Of a stretch of 64,000 nt of DNA, positions 14,030 to 27,760 are shown in pieces. Origin of the DNA: Camelus dromedarius. Its lineage: Eukaryota. The notes under the pieces are model-generated. The model made no database searches and was not told where the DNA came from. It was given only the letters and a program-made list of their open reading frames with translations. Where the stretch lies: NCBI RefSeq assembly GCF_036321535.1, contig NC_087437.1, positions 114,702,001 to 114,766,000 of the forward strand. Direction: 5' to 3'. How positions within the stretch are numbered: position 1 is the stretch's first letter; each line of letters opens with the position of its first letter. The translations under genes and the position numbers were made by a program.

Positions 14030-14590
14030 ACAGTTCGTCAAAGAGTTTAAAATAGAATTACCCCTCTGATCCAGCAATTCCACTAAAAACTGAAATCAAG
14101 TTCAGGAAGAGAGATTTGTACTCCCATGTTCATGGCAGCATTATCCACAATAACCAAGAGGTGGAAATAACCTGAATGTCCATCGATGGATGAATGGATA
14201 AACAGAATGTGGTATACGGTGGAATATTCAGCCTTAGAAAGGAAGGAAATTCTCACACATGGATAAATCTTGAGGACATTATGCTGAGTGAAATAAACCA
14301 GTCACAAAAGGACAACTACTAGATTCCACTTATATGAGGTACATGAAATTGTCAAATTCATAGAAAAAGGAACTAGAACAGTCGTCACCAGGGGCTGGGA
14401 GGAGGAAGGAAGGAGGGGTTAGTGTTTAATGGGGACGGAATTTCAGTTTGGGATGACGAAACATTTATGGAGATGGGTGGTGCTGATGGTCGCACAACAA
14501 TGTGAATGTAATTCATGTCACTGAATTGTACACTCAGAAAGGGTTAAAATGATCAATTTTATGTTCTGTATATGATACCACAATAAAATC
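14030..14590 (+). mobile_element. L1 3' end (L1MB-like)
   Basis: GATCCAGCAATTCCACT...GATGAATGGATAAACAGAATGTGG...ACCACAATAAAA. Confidence 0.85.
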
Positions 14591-15849
14591 TTAAAACAGT
14601 GAGGACAGAGGAGATAGCCAAGGCTCCTCCTTACCTAGAGAACAAACATCTGTGCTATCCTGAGTTCCCCCCAAAATCAACCAGAGCAGATGGGGGGTGG
14701 GAAATTAAGGAGAGAAACTTGCCCCTCAATGCTTCAGCTTTAGAAAAAGCTGTTGCTTAATATTTTACTCTAAATTGAAATTGTAGTAATGACCCCGGGG
14801 GCCTCACTGGGCTTTCCAGCCTCCTTCCTAAAGGCCTCGGCCATCTCTCCTGTCTCCTCCAACCACTCAGGGCTTCTCACCTGCATTTCTTATGTATGTT
14901 CTTTCATCTGCTTGAAGCTATTTTCTCCTTCTCTTTCACCTGGCGAAGTCCTGCTCCAATCATTTGTTGGTTTACTTAGCAAATATGTAGGAGCGCATCT
15001 TTGAGATCCAAACTCCTCAGTCTTGCATCTCTCTACACTTCCTCAGGCACAGCGAGTGGCCCTACGGATGCACCTAGTAATGCAGTGGTCCATCACTGGT
15101 ACAGGGCAAGGGCCCTTTTGTGGAAAAGGAAGAGCCAGCATCTTCGGTTCCTTCAGTGGCTGGCATATACAGACAGCTAGTAGGTAATTGAAAGAAGACT
15201 GCAAAGGTTGATTTATCTGTTCAAGGTGGTGCTGGAAGGAAGAAAAAGAATAGTAAATCAAATGAATGAATTTGTAGGACTAGAGAACGTAGGCTCAGGG
15301 AACAGTGTATTTTCAGCCCTAATCTTGGACTCTCCATCACTCTAAGAATCCCCTCGCTGAGGTTCCTGTGGTTTTGCTGAGCACCACTTCAGACACACGA
15401 GAGTGCTCTGCTGGGCATGCTTTCCTCTCTCTTTCCTGCTGGTCCCAGAACTGCCTGATTAGGTAGATTCAGAGCCCAACCTGCCTGAAGCATCTCTGTG
15501 AGGACTGCTATGTCTTTACTGGGCTCGCCCTTGTTTCTTACTGGACCTTTTGACAACCAAGCACTTCCATTCTGTAAGGAGAGGGAACACTGGACTCTGT
15601 GCATTAACTGTACTGCTTGGAGAGCTCTGTGTCATATTAAAGATACCACGGTAACTAATAAGCTCTTGGTTGTATATTGTTGCATGTTTTCCTTCCAATT
15701 ATCTTCTGTTTGTTTCTGAATCTAAGCCAGGCTAACAATCTAAATTCCTTCAGGAAGCAAACAAGTTGTTTAATACCATTGGTGGGGTGGAGCTTGTGGC
15801 CAACTGAAGAGTATGACTGGCCTAAAGGCAATAAATATATATAATTGAC

Positions 15850-17550
15850 CAGTTATGAGCTGGATAAAATCCCACTTCCAATAACAACAATAAGAAAATA
15901 GGGGAAAAAACATTTACAAGAGCTCCTTGAAGGTAATACTACCAAAGGAGAAAAGAAGACTTGGAGCTAAAGGAAAGATTTACTAGGTCATAAAGAGGAA
16001 GATTCAACATCATAAAGTTGTAAAGTCTAACTAAAAGAGTAAGTTCTAAGTTAAAGAGTATTGAAGAGAACTAACCTGAGATCCTTAAATATATTATAAA
16101 ACTGAAATAATTGGCACCAGTGCAGGAATGGACAAGAGACCAATAAACAAAATAGGAAGTCTATCAATGGACCTCTATACCTAGAAAAATTTAGTATGTA
16201 ATAAAGGTGGCACTTCAAAACCATAGAGGGAAAGATGTCTTATTCAATAAATGGTGTTGATGGGAGAGGGTAAGCCCTGTGGCAGAGCACATGCTTAGCA
16301 TGCATGAGGTCCTGGGTTCAATCCTCAGAACCTCCATTAAAAAAAAGAGAAGGAAAAAAAATGGTGTTGGGATAACTGGGTAACCAACAAGGGAAAAAGC
16401 TGGGTTCATATCTCACATCTTTCACCAAAATAAATTCCAAGCAGATCAAAGATTGAAACCATGAAGAAGCCATGAAAATGCTAGAAGAAATGAAAAGATA
16501 TTTACATAAACCAGCAATGAGGATGATCTTTCTTAAATGAACATAAATTCTAGAAGCCTAAGGGAAAAGTTCTATCATTGTGACTGCATAAATTGTCTTT
16601 TTAAAATTCTATGCAACAAAAGTCTTCATAAGCAAAGTAAAAGACAAATGGCAAACAGAAAAATATTTGAGACATATTACAAAGGGCTAATTTCTTCAGT
16701 ACTGAAAGATCTATCAAAAGTAATAGAGAAGTGGGCAAAAGATGGGGGGAGGGACAAATTGGGAGTTTCAGATTAACTTATATAAAATAGATAACCAAAA
16801 AGGCCCTACTATATAGCACAGGGAACCATATTCAAGATCTTGTAATCACCTATATTGGAAAAGAACCTGAAAAAGAATAATTTACATATATATATACACA
16901 CACACTTATAACTGAATCACTTTGCTGTACACTTGAAACACTGTAAATCAACTATACTTCAATCTTTTTAAATGAAAAAAAGTATTAGATACAGGGATTA
17001 GCAGCATATTAAAAAAAAGTGGGCAAAAATATAAACAGGGAGTTCACACACACAGACACACACACAAACAATTGGGTTTTACAAACGTAAAAAGATACCT
17101 AAACTTACAATATGAGAAAAAAGTTTAAATTGCTCTGAGAGATTATTCACTGACCATTTCGGCAGATATCAGTGGTAGCAGGAAATCAGGACTTCCCCTA
17201 CACTGCTATAGGAAATAGAGATCGGTACAAGCTCTTTGGAGAAAATTGGACAGTTTCTACCAAAAGTAAAAAAAGTGGCTGTAATTTTGACCCCACAATT
17301 CTACTTCCGGAAATTTATCTGCTATACATGCATATGTGTAAAATGACTTACATACAAGTTATTGATTGTAAATATTATTGATAATAGCAAAAAGTTTGGA
17401 GACAACCTCAGTATTCATCAGTAGGAGACTGGCTAAATAGACTACAGCAATATAATGAAGTGTCATGAAGTTGTAAAACAATGTGAGGAAGCTTTCCATG
17501 TACAGCTATCGAAGGATCTCTGGGATACACTGTTTCATGTAAGTCAAGAT
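15850..17550 (+). mobile_element. Degenerate L1 ORF2/3' fragment with a nested SINE and a nested younger L1 tail (~16745-16965)
   Basis: A-rich L1 ORF2-like sequence (SKVKRQMANRKIFETY). Confidence 0.75.
16262..16358 (+). mobile_element. tRNA-Ala-derived SINE (short form) inserted into an L1 remnant
   Basis: ...GCTTAGCATGCATGAGGTCCTGGGTTCAATCC...CCTCCATTAAAA. TSD AAATGGTGTTG at 16249-16259 and 16359-16369. Confidence 0.9.
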
Positions 17551-17674
17551 ACATAACTGTATAGGTTTGTGAAAGCAACCAGATTTCACATTGTGTTTAA
17601 TTTCAATCAGAGATTTTTATTTTGTGGGACCAATGTTCTAACTCTTCTATGGAAATTTAAAATTTTTCTTTTTC

Positions 17675-18004
17675 TGTCTTAGTCATTTCGGGCTGCTAAA
17701 ATAAAAACACCATCGATAGATTGGGTGACCTAAACAATAAATATTTATTTCTCACAGTTCTGTTAGCAGGGAAGTCCAAGATAAAAGCACCTTCCTGGTT
17801 CTTCCTGCCATGTCCTTACATAGCAGAAGGGTTGAGAGACCTCTGTAGGTCTCTGTTACGAGGACACCAATCCCATTCATGAGGGAGCCACCCTCTAGAC
17901 CTAATCACCTTCCCAAAGCCCCCCCACCTCTAAATACCACCCCCTTGTGGGTTAGGATGTCAACATACGAATTTTGAGGGGAGACAAACATTCCGTACAC
18001 AGCA
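17675..18004 (-). mobile_element. MaLR LTR (MLT1A-like)
   Basis: TGTCTTAGTC...TTTATTTCTCACAGTTCTG...AATCCCATTCATGAGGG...CAAACATTC...AGCA. Confidence 0.85.
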
Positions 18005-18336
18005 CCCCCCCAAAAGAAGATAGTTTTTACTATAAAAAACATATCAAACTCAGCTTTGACATTTTTAAAAATAAAGATTTCCAAATCAGCTTGCGTTTGT
18101 ATTACACAAGCACCAGAGGGAAACAGCAGAGTATTTATGTTCCTGGAAAAGCCCCATTTATACTATCTGGTTTAAGTTTAGCCTGTACACATTCACCTCA
18201 TATTTCTTACATATGAGTAAGCCTTGACAACGTAGAATTCCACAGTGTGCACAATTAGGTTAAAAAAAAATTAGAGCCTGGGAGGCAAGAATTTGTAGGT
18301 ACAGTTAAGTATTTGCTTCTACACGAATAGATGGTT

Positions 18337-18737
18337 GTCTATTTCTATTGCTGCTCTAACAAATTACAACAATTTAATGTCTTAAAACTGCAGAAATGTA
18401 TTCTCTTCCAGTTCTGGAGACCAGATGTCTGAAATGAGCTGAAACCAAGGTGTCTGCTGGGGATCATTCCCTCTGGAAACTCTAAGGGCTCTAGAATAGT
18501 TTCCTTGCCTTTTTCAGCTTCTGGAGCTGCATTCCTGGCATCCTTTGGCTCATGGCCCTTCGCCATTTTCAAAACCAGCAGCATCATAGCATCTTCAAGT
18601 CTCTAGAGAGATGCTTCCATGGCTACATAGCCTCCTGTGGCCAAACCTCCCTCCTCCTATGTCTTATATTATAAAGACACTTGTGATTGCATCTATGGCC
18701 CACCCGGATAATCCAGGCTAATCTCATCTCAAAATCA
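18337..18737 (-). mobile_element. MaLR LTR (MLT1C/D-like)
   Basis: ATTGCTGCTCTAACAAATTAC...CAGTTCTGGAG...GCCCACCCGGATAATCCAGG. Confidence 0.8.
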
Positions 18738-19314
18738 ACGTTGTTCTTAGAAACAATGAAAAGTACATATATGTAAATTTTAAAAATATGTGCAGTGTAT
18801 TGTATATATGTATTTACATGCAATACACTGTATATGTGCAGTCAAATTGTAACAATTCTACCTAATAAAACTGAAAAATGAAAAAAAATCAACATTGCTA
18901 AACATCACATAGCTAAGAAGTGAAGAAGTTGGATTTAGGCACAGATAGACATTGCACTATACTATTAAATTAAAAGTCTATTCTTTTTTTTTTTTTTTGA
19001 CAAAGCACTCGCTAATTGAGACTCACCAGACTGATTTCGTAACTCACTAATGAGCCATAACTTATTTAATAAACAGCCACCAGACTGTAAATTCCACAAG
19101 AGTGGCAACCTCTATTTTACTCATCACTGCATCCTTAGAGCCCTCACTTTGACAGACACAAAGTAGGCTGTCAATAAACAGTTGATGAAAGAGCCTCTTA
19201 CATAGCAATACAGTCTTACAGCTGGAGGAAACTAAGAAATTACCCAGTCCAGAGCATTGCAAACGGCATTAACTAACACTCTTACTTAGATGATTCACAT
19301 TATGTCATTGGCCC

Positions 19315-19724
19315 TGTGGACAAAGAATGTCCCTGCCATATCAGTAAACAAAGGATGCTGCAGCCATCAAGTCATCAGCCACTGGCACCCCCCTCACCGC
19401 AATGTGCACCTTGAGAGGATTCAGGAGGAAGAAAACCAGGATACTGGCCCTAGGGAGTTAAGGTGCTCATCAAAAGTGCTTTCAATGAGCCTAGATTCTT
19501 GCATCTTCCCATATACAGAAAAGCACTAAATTCATTAACTTGAGATGTCTTTAATTAACAGTAGCCTTTTGATGTTCTGATTACTTGATTTTTTTGCAAA
19601 AACTTGTATATATGCTGGCTCCTCCCTTACGTCTTAGGAGCAGTCCCTCAGAGCTACCTCCGTATGTCCGCTGAATAAAACGTAATTCTCAACCTTGAGG
19701 TTGTACACTTTTTTCCAGTCAACA
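19315..19724 (+). mobile_element. Solo ERV LTR (ERV1-like)
   Basis: TG...CA termini, TATA-like TATATATG at ~19607, AATAAA at 19674, U5 ending TTTTTTCCAGTCAACA. Confidence 0.7.
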
Positions 19725-20439
19725 ACTCAACAGTCAGTGGTAAGGGTGACAACAGAACAGAGGTTTTTGCTTTGTTTTGTTTACATTTCCTCATTCATTT
19801 ATTCAAAATTATTTGGGCACATATAAACCTCAAATTGAAATAATTAGATAAAACAAAAATGCAAGTTGCAGAGAAGGTCTAGTTCCATATTGTAAATAAT
19901 ATTTAGCTTATAGTAAATCTACGGTAATGTACACCAAATTGTTTATATGTTTTGGTAAAGGGATTGGGATAAATTTTATGTTTTATATTTCTGTATTATT
20001 TGAATTTTTACAAAATGTATTACTTTTACAATTACAAAAATGCAATGGATATTTTTTAACCTTTTAATTCTTTAGCTGCAGTACCTGACAGCCTTTGACT
20101 TACTCATTTCTGTATCCTACTAACATAGCCCAACGCCCAGCTCAAAGTTGACACTGAGTAAATGTACATGACTCAATAAATTGCATGCAAGGACGGACTC
20201 TATCAGGACGAAGGATGGTAATTTTCAGGGTAAACCCCAAAAGTACAAAGTCTTCAATTCATTAATAAGGTTTCAAATCATGCTGACAATGGTGGGCATG
20301 TGATGGCTTTTTCAATGTAATTCAGGTCCAACCAGGTCAAGCACCCTGAGTGCACCTTTTTGAGTCACCAACGCCTGTGGCACCAAACTCCAGACCCTCA
20401 AGCTGCAAAAAGAAAATAAAAAGATTTGGTATTGCTAAG

Positions 20440-20844
20440 AGAGCTCTCCAAAATGGAGTCAGAGGCCATTGAGGAAGTTTGACTTATACATGACTCAGCC
20501 CAGATAGAATCTGACCTTTTGACCACTTATCGTCTAACACAGGCATCCAGAACATCTGTGCAATGTTCCAGAAATTACAGATACTTATCAAGCCCCTACA
20601 CTAAATAACTCGTGAGAGTCTAGCCCTTAAGGACAAATATTTCCTTTTTGTATCACAGTCAATTATAATTCGTGCAAGACAACTTTAACAACCTTGTGGG
20701 TTTTGCCTTTATAATCCCCTGACTCTTTCCCTTCCCTGAACATTCTTTCTATTTCGTTGGAACCTCTGTGTCCCTATTGCAATTCCCAATACCCGAAAGA
20801 AGCTCTTTGCTCTTTAAAGCCTCAGTACTGGTTACTACTTGACA
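20440..20844 (+). mobile_element. Degenerate ERV1-like LTR remnant abutting the MORC3 promoter
   Basis: LTR-style TTTGCCTTTATAATCCC...TTGCAATTCCCAA...TTGACA 3' end. 5' boundary is uncertain. Confidence 0.45.
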
Positions 20845-20869
20845 AAGCCTCCAGACCCAGTTAATGCAG

Positions 20870-21720
20870 CCACCCGTTTGCCCCTGCTGCGCCTCGCGCA
20901 TGCGCCCTATCCCTCAGGGACGGGAGGTTCCAGCCTAGCTCTCCCGCTGTCCTAAAGCCCGGGGGGAATTTACCTTCCCTATACTCCCAATTCCACTGCG
21001 CCGAGAGGCGGAAGTAAGTGGGCGGGGCCACCCGCGCGCCCCGCCCCGGAAGTGGGCGGAACACAGAGGGCTCCACTGCGATACCCCGCCGCCTCCCAGT
21101 CGAATTGCGGCTGAGGCCGGTCCTGGCTTTGTAGCTCGCTCAAGATGGCGGCGCAGCCACCCAGCGGGATCCGCCTCAGCGCGGTGAGCAGCCGCGAGGG
21201 GTGGAGCGGGCCGTGTCCCATGAGGGCGGGCAGGCGGGCAAGCGAGGGGGGGCCGGCAGTGGGCGGTGGCGACTCGTCGGCCCGGAGCGGCGGCTTGGGC
21301 CGCGGCGGGGCCGGGGGAGGCGGCGGCCATCTCTCTCCCGACGGCGAAGCGACTGGGCGGCTGGCAGAGCTGGGCCGGGCGGCGCGGGCCGGGCTGAGTT
21401 TCCTTTCCCCGCGTTAGGTTTCTGTTTTGCCTCTGCGGTTTCGGGGCGGGCCGGGGCCACGGCCCCTCCTCCTGGCTCTCTTGACTGCCCCGCAGCTGTC
21501 GTCCGAGGGCGAGGCCTCGGCGGCCGGCCCGTCCACCCCTCGGACCGCGGGGCCCCTGACCCTAGCGGGCCTGCAGATCTGCGGGGCGTCCCGGAGCGGG
21601 AGAGAGGGCTTCTCTGCGGTCAGAAATTACCAGCAGCCTTGACCTCCTGGCGGTGGGACGGGGTAAAGCTAGATGGGACTAGTCTTCCTGTTTCTTGTAA
21701 ATTCCTGCCGCTTCCCTCCA
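20870..21720. promoter_or_regulatory. MORC3: CpG island / MORC3 promoter
   Basis: Very GC- and CpG-rich stretch spanning exon 1. NRF1-type palindrome GCGCATGCGC at 20896-20905, ETS/GABP CGGAAGT sites at ~21009 and ~21047, GC boxes at 21020-21046, and YY1-type CAAGATGGCGGC at 21141-21152 overlapping the ATG. Confidence 0.9.
21145..21183 (+). CDS. MORC3: MORC3 exon 1 (MAAQPPSGIRLSA)
   Basis: Kozak context aagATGG, donor |gtgagc. Confidence 0.95.
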
Positions 21721-22880
21721 GTTAAGCCCAAATCTCGAGGTCACCGAACTCTCCTATTTCGCCTCTTGTCTCTTGGTCTCGTGTTTGTTCCGGAGCGTCT
21801 CGGGTTCCTAGAAATCCTTCAGCATGTTTTGTATCTTTGAATCTTCAGTGCGAGGGAGCGGTCACACTCCGTGAATCAAAATTTTCTCACCCTGAAATGT
21901 GGGCGTGGCCTCTCTACCTGATTGTGCTTAGAAAGTTGGCGTTGTTATGCAGAAACTTGCATCTCCTCTTGAGGAGAACTCCTGCCTAGGAATGGCTGCA
22001 CCAGTCTCATTAAGTTTATCATGCCGAATGGTAGTACTGTTACTTTAAAAATGGTGCTTTGCCCTTTTACTTTAATTCGTTCAGCCAGATTCCTACCAAC
22101 ACCTGGTATCATCAGATTTTAACGTTTTTCCTGGTGAGTGTGACATGGTATCTGGGTTTACTTTACATTTACTTTACTTTGTGGAGTTGAAAGTTTTTCA
22201 TATTTCACCCTTTTTGGTTTTGGATTTTTAAAAAATTACTTCATATCCTTTGCCCATTTTTCTGTTTCCTTTGGAGGGGACTTGATCTATGAATGTTCTT
22301 CACATATTCGGAATAAAGGCTCTTTGGTTACGTAACTGGTTTATTGAATGAGATAGTTAATACGTAGATGGAATACTGAGAGCAACTTTATTCTTTCTTA
22401 CCACGGGCTTTAAACATTATTTTCTAACTCACTGGGGTGAATCTGAGCAGATTCTAACGCTTTCCATTTAGCCTCAGGTAGTGTTAAATCTGACCTTAAC
22501 TACTTTGAAAGCTCTTACTCGGTTTAAAGCCTGCTCCTTCTCAGATTGGGCCAAATTCTGTCCCAGAAAACTGGTGAGGAAAAGGAGTGAACTTATTTTT
22601 TTTCCTTGCTGTTTCTGCAGTTGGATTCTCTTCTCCCTTCCCCAGCTCTTCCCAAGTTGCCGTCTCTGTCTCTTCAAGACTGAGAAAACAAAGGGAGCAA
22701 GGATAAGGGTCAAGATAGTTTTAAGAGACTAGTGTTGTTAGCTGGCTCTCTGGGTGTAGCAGCTGTCTATGTGCTATATCTGTCTTTTGTGGGTAATATG
22801 GGCTTTTTGGAATCTTATTGACAGAAATCTCCCATCTGCAGTTTATGGACTGGCATTTCCACTGGTCTTTTGCTTTAGGA

Positions 22881-23075
22881 CAGGAGTTGGCAAACTACAG
22901 TTTATGGGCCAAATCCAACCTGCCACCTGTTTTTGTATGGCACACTATCCTTAAATGGTTGGGGGGAAAACAAATCAAAGAAAAGTATTTCGTAACGTGA
23001 AAATTCTGTGACATAGATATTTCAGTTCCCATAAATAAAGTTTCTTTGAATAAAGGCATGTTCGTTCCTTTGTTG
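22881..23075. mobile_element. hAT-Charlie DNA transposon fragment (MER58-like)
   Basis: CAGGAGTTGGCAAACTACAG...GGGCCAAATCC...CACCTGTTTTTGTA. Confidence 0.75.
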
Positions 23076-25009
23076 TAGCACTCAAATGCTTGCATTAGGA
23101 GAGGACCTAGGAATTAATGAGCTTATGCATTTGTCAAAAGCCCTAGAACCTAAGGCACAAAAGGTGAACCACAATGCATGCAAATTTTAAAAAATCATTA
23201 GGAAGTCTGCGGATCCCGGAAAGGAACACAGAGTGACAGAAACTTAAATTTTTGTTTTTTGCCTCCATCTTTCTAAGTAAAATTCTGATACTGTCTTGCT
23301 GTTTCACAGAAATCCTGCTGTAGATTTAGCTGACACATACACTCTTCACCTCCTCTCAGCCTTCTAATGTGTATGTCACTTTTTTTTGGTTGAATTACTA
23401 TATGATTGGTTAACACTCTTCACATTATTCACAAATGAGCCAACCAGAACTATGGTTGCATTTTCTTTGCTATATAGCTTTTTGTTTTCCCTGAAGTTAC
23501 TAATCAATTTGTATTTTGTTTAGTTTTTCTCTGTACTGATCACTGTTTCATCCAAACTTTCAGAGAACTGGAAAATCTTTTCCAGGTGTATTTAAGCACA
23601 CCCAATATTTTGTCAGTTTGGTTGGCTCAGTTGTAATTTGGGGACTTCCCTTTATCATTTTTGGAGGGAAGTTTCCTTCCCCTTTTTGTTCTGTCTCCAT
23701 TCCACCACATATTCCGCTTTTGGGGGTTACTCCTTTGGCAGGCAACAATAAATTAGTGACTTGAGAGTGTGGGTTATGGAACCCTCCCTGGATTCAGATT
23801 CTGACTGACAACTGGATGTGTGACCTAAAGGATGAGAGTAACAGTCTTACCACCTAAGGGGTTGTTTTAAAAATTAAACCAGCAGATACATTTAAAGGTC
23901 TTATAAAGGTCCTGTGTGTGCCATAAGCACACAGTAAATATTTGCTGTTTTTGTTACTGGCAGCAGTGAATCCTTTCTGTTTTTCCAAAAACAGGTATAG
24001 CGTTCTAAGAACAGAGTTCATGGGAAGTATATTCTTATGTCTTTTCTTGGGAATATGTTTATGCTGCCCTTGCTCTTTCCTTACATATAATTTGGCTGGC
24101 TTGTAATTCTAGATTAGGAATGATTTCTCTCAGGATGTTAACGGCATGCTTGATTGTTTAATAGAGTGCTATGCTTTGTACTGGTGCTTAGGCTGGAAAA
24201 TCAAGTCCTTAATATCTGGAGATTTTTCTTTTTTATTTGACAAAAATTTTCCCTCTATTTTTCTGTTCTCATTTGTTTCCTGTTTTCCTTCCCATTGCTT
24301 TTTCTTTTCTTTTCTGGGAGATATCTCCACTTGATCCCCTAGCTTTCTCTTATATATTTTATTATTGTAAACACTGTCTTATTCTCTGAATGTCTTTTTA
24401 AAATCTCTCTCAACAAAATATTTGTTCTTACCACTGGGCATATTAATCATAGTATTTTTGAAGTGTCTTTTGCTCATTGCATTGCCTCTATTTATGTTCT
24501 TTTCACTGTGTGTTGTTTTTGATTCTAATTTTACACATTCTCAAGTGTTTGGAGGTGAATAGATTTCTGCTTGTATTTCCAAGCGAGACACTAAATGTTG
24601 ACCGAAAGATGTTCATACATGGGTACAGTTAGTTCTTTGGTGGGCGTCAGTGTTGGGTGATTAGGGGGAAAAAGCCAGCTGTTGTTGGGGCACCCTGTGG
24701 CAGTATCTGTTGACCCTAAAGAATGGAAGTGCTAGACTGTAAAATGAGTATGTTTGAAGTAACTTAAAACTTTTAAAGTAAATTTTTTAAAGTGGTGGAG
24801 GGTTGGAGGAAGCTATTCAGAATGGCCTGACACTGTTGTAAAAGAACCAAATAGAAATTTTAGAAATTCAGTTTTCCAGAGATGAATTCTACCTCTAGTC
24901 TCCTGCCATGGCATATATAAACCTGGCTGCTAGTTCTGGAAGCTCAGCAGAGGAAAGGAGATAGGAATATCACATTGTTCAGTTTGCTGACTTCGTTTTT
25001 ATTTGTTTA

Positions 25010-26360
25010 TTATTGTGATAAAATACACATAACATAAAGTTTACCATCATAATCATTTTTAAGTGTGCAGTTCAGTAGTGTTAAGTACATTGACACTGTT
25101 GTACAGCCAATCTCCAGAACTCTTCATCTTGCAAAATTAAAACTTGGTACCCATTAAAAAATAACTCTCCATTCCCCCTTCCCCCAGCTCCTAGCAGCCA
25201 CCATTTAACCTTTTGTGAATTTGACTACTCTAGGTATATCATATAAGTGGAATTGTATGTTATTTGTCTTTCTTGATTGACATATTTCACTTAGCATAGT
25301 GTCCTCAAGGTTCATTCATATTGTAGCATGTGTCAAATTTTTCTTCCTTTTTAAGGCTGAATAATATTCCACCATATGAATACACCACATTTTGTTTATC
25401 TATCCAACACAAGTATCCATCAGTGGACGTTTGTGTTGCTTCCACTTTTGTCTATTATGAATAATGCTGCAATGAACATGGGTGTGCAAACGTCTCTTCA
25501 AGACTTGCTTTCAGTTCTTTTCAGTATATAAACAGTATATAACCAGAAGTAGACTTGTTGAATCATATGGTAATTCTATATTTAATTTTTTGAGGAGCCT
25601 CTGTATTGTTTTCCACAGTACCTACACATTTATATTCCCTCAAAGGATGCACAGGAGTTCAGTTTCTCCACAGTTTCCCTAACACTTGTTATTTTCTGGT
25701 TTTGTTGTTGTGTTTTTGTTTTTTCGGTTTTTTAAATAATAGCCATCCCATTGAGTGTGATTTGGTATCTCATTGTAGTTTTGGTTTTCATTTCCCTAAT
25801 GATTAGAGATGTTGAGCATCTTTGGAGAAATATCTATCCAAAGTCTTTGCCCATTTTTTAATCGGGTTGTAGTCTTGTTGTTGAGTTGTAGTTCTTTGTA
25901 TATTTGGCATATTAACCCCTTATCAGATACTTGATTTGCAGATTTTTTCCCCATTATTCTGTAAGTTGTCTTTTCACTCTGTAGATTGTGTCCTCTGATA
26001 CACAGAAGTTTTAGATTTTGGTACAGTTCAATTTATTTATTTTTTCTTTTGTGTCTTGTGCTTTTGGTGTCATATTCAAGAAATTTGCCAAATCCAGTAT
26101 AATGAAACTTTTCCCCTATGTTTTCTTCTGAGAGTTTTGTGGTTTGAGCTCTTATGTTTAGGTCTTTGATTCATTTTTGAGTTAGTTTTTTTGTTTATGG
26201 TATAGGGTATAGGGTAAGTGTACAGCTTCATTCTTTTTTATAAATACCCAGTTTTCCCAGCACTATGTGTTGAAAAGACTATCTTTCCCTTATTGAATGT
26301 CATTCCACCCTTGTGAAAAACCATTTGACCATGTATGAGAGGGTTTATTTCTGGACTATT
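25010..26360 (-). mobile_element. L1 3' end / ORF2 fragment in MORC3 intron 1
   Basis: Typical L1 phrases (TTTTAAGGCTGAATAATATTCC; CAGCACTATGTGTTGAAAAGACT). Confidence 0.88.
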
Positions 26361-27559
26361 TGCTGAGTTGCTTTTAACCCACCTGCTTTCAGTTGTCTCT
26401 GAGTCCGCTGCCATCAGTTTCTCCAGAGAACTTCAGTCTTAACATGGTTTGCTGAGGGTAGCTGAGGGTAAAAGATGAGTCTGGAGAATCTTAACTGCTT
26501 CTTTCAGAGACTTTCAGTCTGTCTGTTTTCATGTAACTTTTAGTACCTTTGACTTCAAAGGTGTAAAAGTCTGGGGTTGCCAACGTTCCTGGCCTGCTTG
26601 TTGGTTTTCCCATGTCCTACAGGCTTTGAATTTAGCTCTTTCCAGGCTAATAAATCAGTTATCACGGGTCTGTGCTTTCCAGTTTCTGAACTACTAAGTT
26701 TGTCTACTGTTATTACTCACTTCTTTGGTTCTTTTGGTTCTTTTGGGTTTATACCTCTTTTCCCATCATTGTAGAGTGGTTTCAGGAGGGAGTAGAGGTA
26801 CACACTCTCCATGTGTTCAGGTTTTCATGTTTATAAAGTTTTATATTTAAATGATTTTTTAAAATTTGTAACTATGTGTTGAGTCTAAAAGTTCTGTTGA
26901 TTCTTTAAAATAACTGTGTGGCCTTCATTGCATCTCATTTTTATGTGCTTTTTTGCTGGGGAGAATTCCTTTTTAAGTGTCTAGTTATTTCCCTAATTAG
27001 GGATTTCTATTAGGGCTGATAGTTCTTTCACCTAGTGTTTGTGGAGGGTGGAGGGGGAATCCTAATACTTATGTATCTTGTTGACTAATGTTTTCTTCTG
27101 ATAGATTGTTTCCTTAAATGTTACTTTAGATTGTGTACTCAAATATTAAATTCTGACCTGGGGGAATCCTATGCAGTCTGGTCGAGGCTGTGTCTCACAG
27201 TAGTTCTGCATGTTGTATAAATTGAAACACTGAACCCAAGTGAAGGCATGCCTCTTTAAAGGACTTTATGTTAAATTTTTTTTTTTTAAACCCAGAATCC
27301 AAACAAAAACATACAAGCTTCCTGTTAGGCATAGGGCCAGTTACTTCCAAGTGCCACCTTCTCTTCTGCCAGCCATATCTTCTGTCCCTAGGCACCATTA
27401 AAATTGAACTCTTTGTATTCCAGTTAAGCACCCCACTCTGATCGCCAGTGCATTCCCATTTTCAAATCTTATTTTTGTTTTTAATTCCTTCTTGAGGCCC
27501 TTAAAGATTTTTTTATTTTTACATGAGCTCAATTGTGCTTTTAAAGGTACACTTTTTAT

Positions 27560-27760
27560 TTAAACACATGCTTATTATGCTTATTATGTCCCAGGTGTTC
27601 TTCTGAGCATTTACAAATATGAAATTATTTAATTCTTTTAACAACTGGGTAAGCTGATACTATTATCACCCTCATTTTTACAGATGATAAAACTTGAGGC
27701 ACAGAGGGTTACATTTCTTGCTCAAGATTACACTTCTAGTTAGATACTCCATAGTCTGCC
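27560..27760 (-). mobile_element. MIR SINE
   Basis: CTCATTTTTACAGATGATAAAACTTGAGGCACAGAG core. Other MIR remnants at ~12210, 23760, 32130, 36900 and 44670. Confidence 0.7.

Noticed and set aside
20861..21725. Several long overlapping ORFs on both strands (up to 174 aa)
   Set aside because: They result from stop-codon scarcity in the CpG island and are low-complexity Ala/Gly/Pro/Arg. Only 21145-21183 is supported as coding.
22243..22252. ATATCCTTTG, a U12 donor-like motif in intron 1
   Set aside because: It is part of a standard L1 phrase (TCATATCCTTTGCCCATTTT) with no supporting exon.
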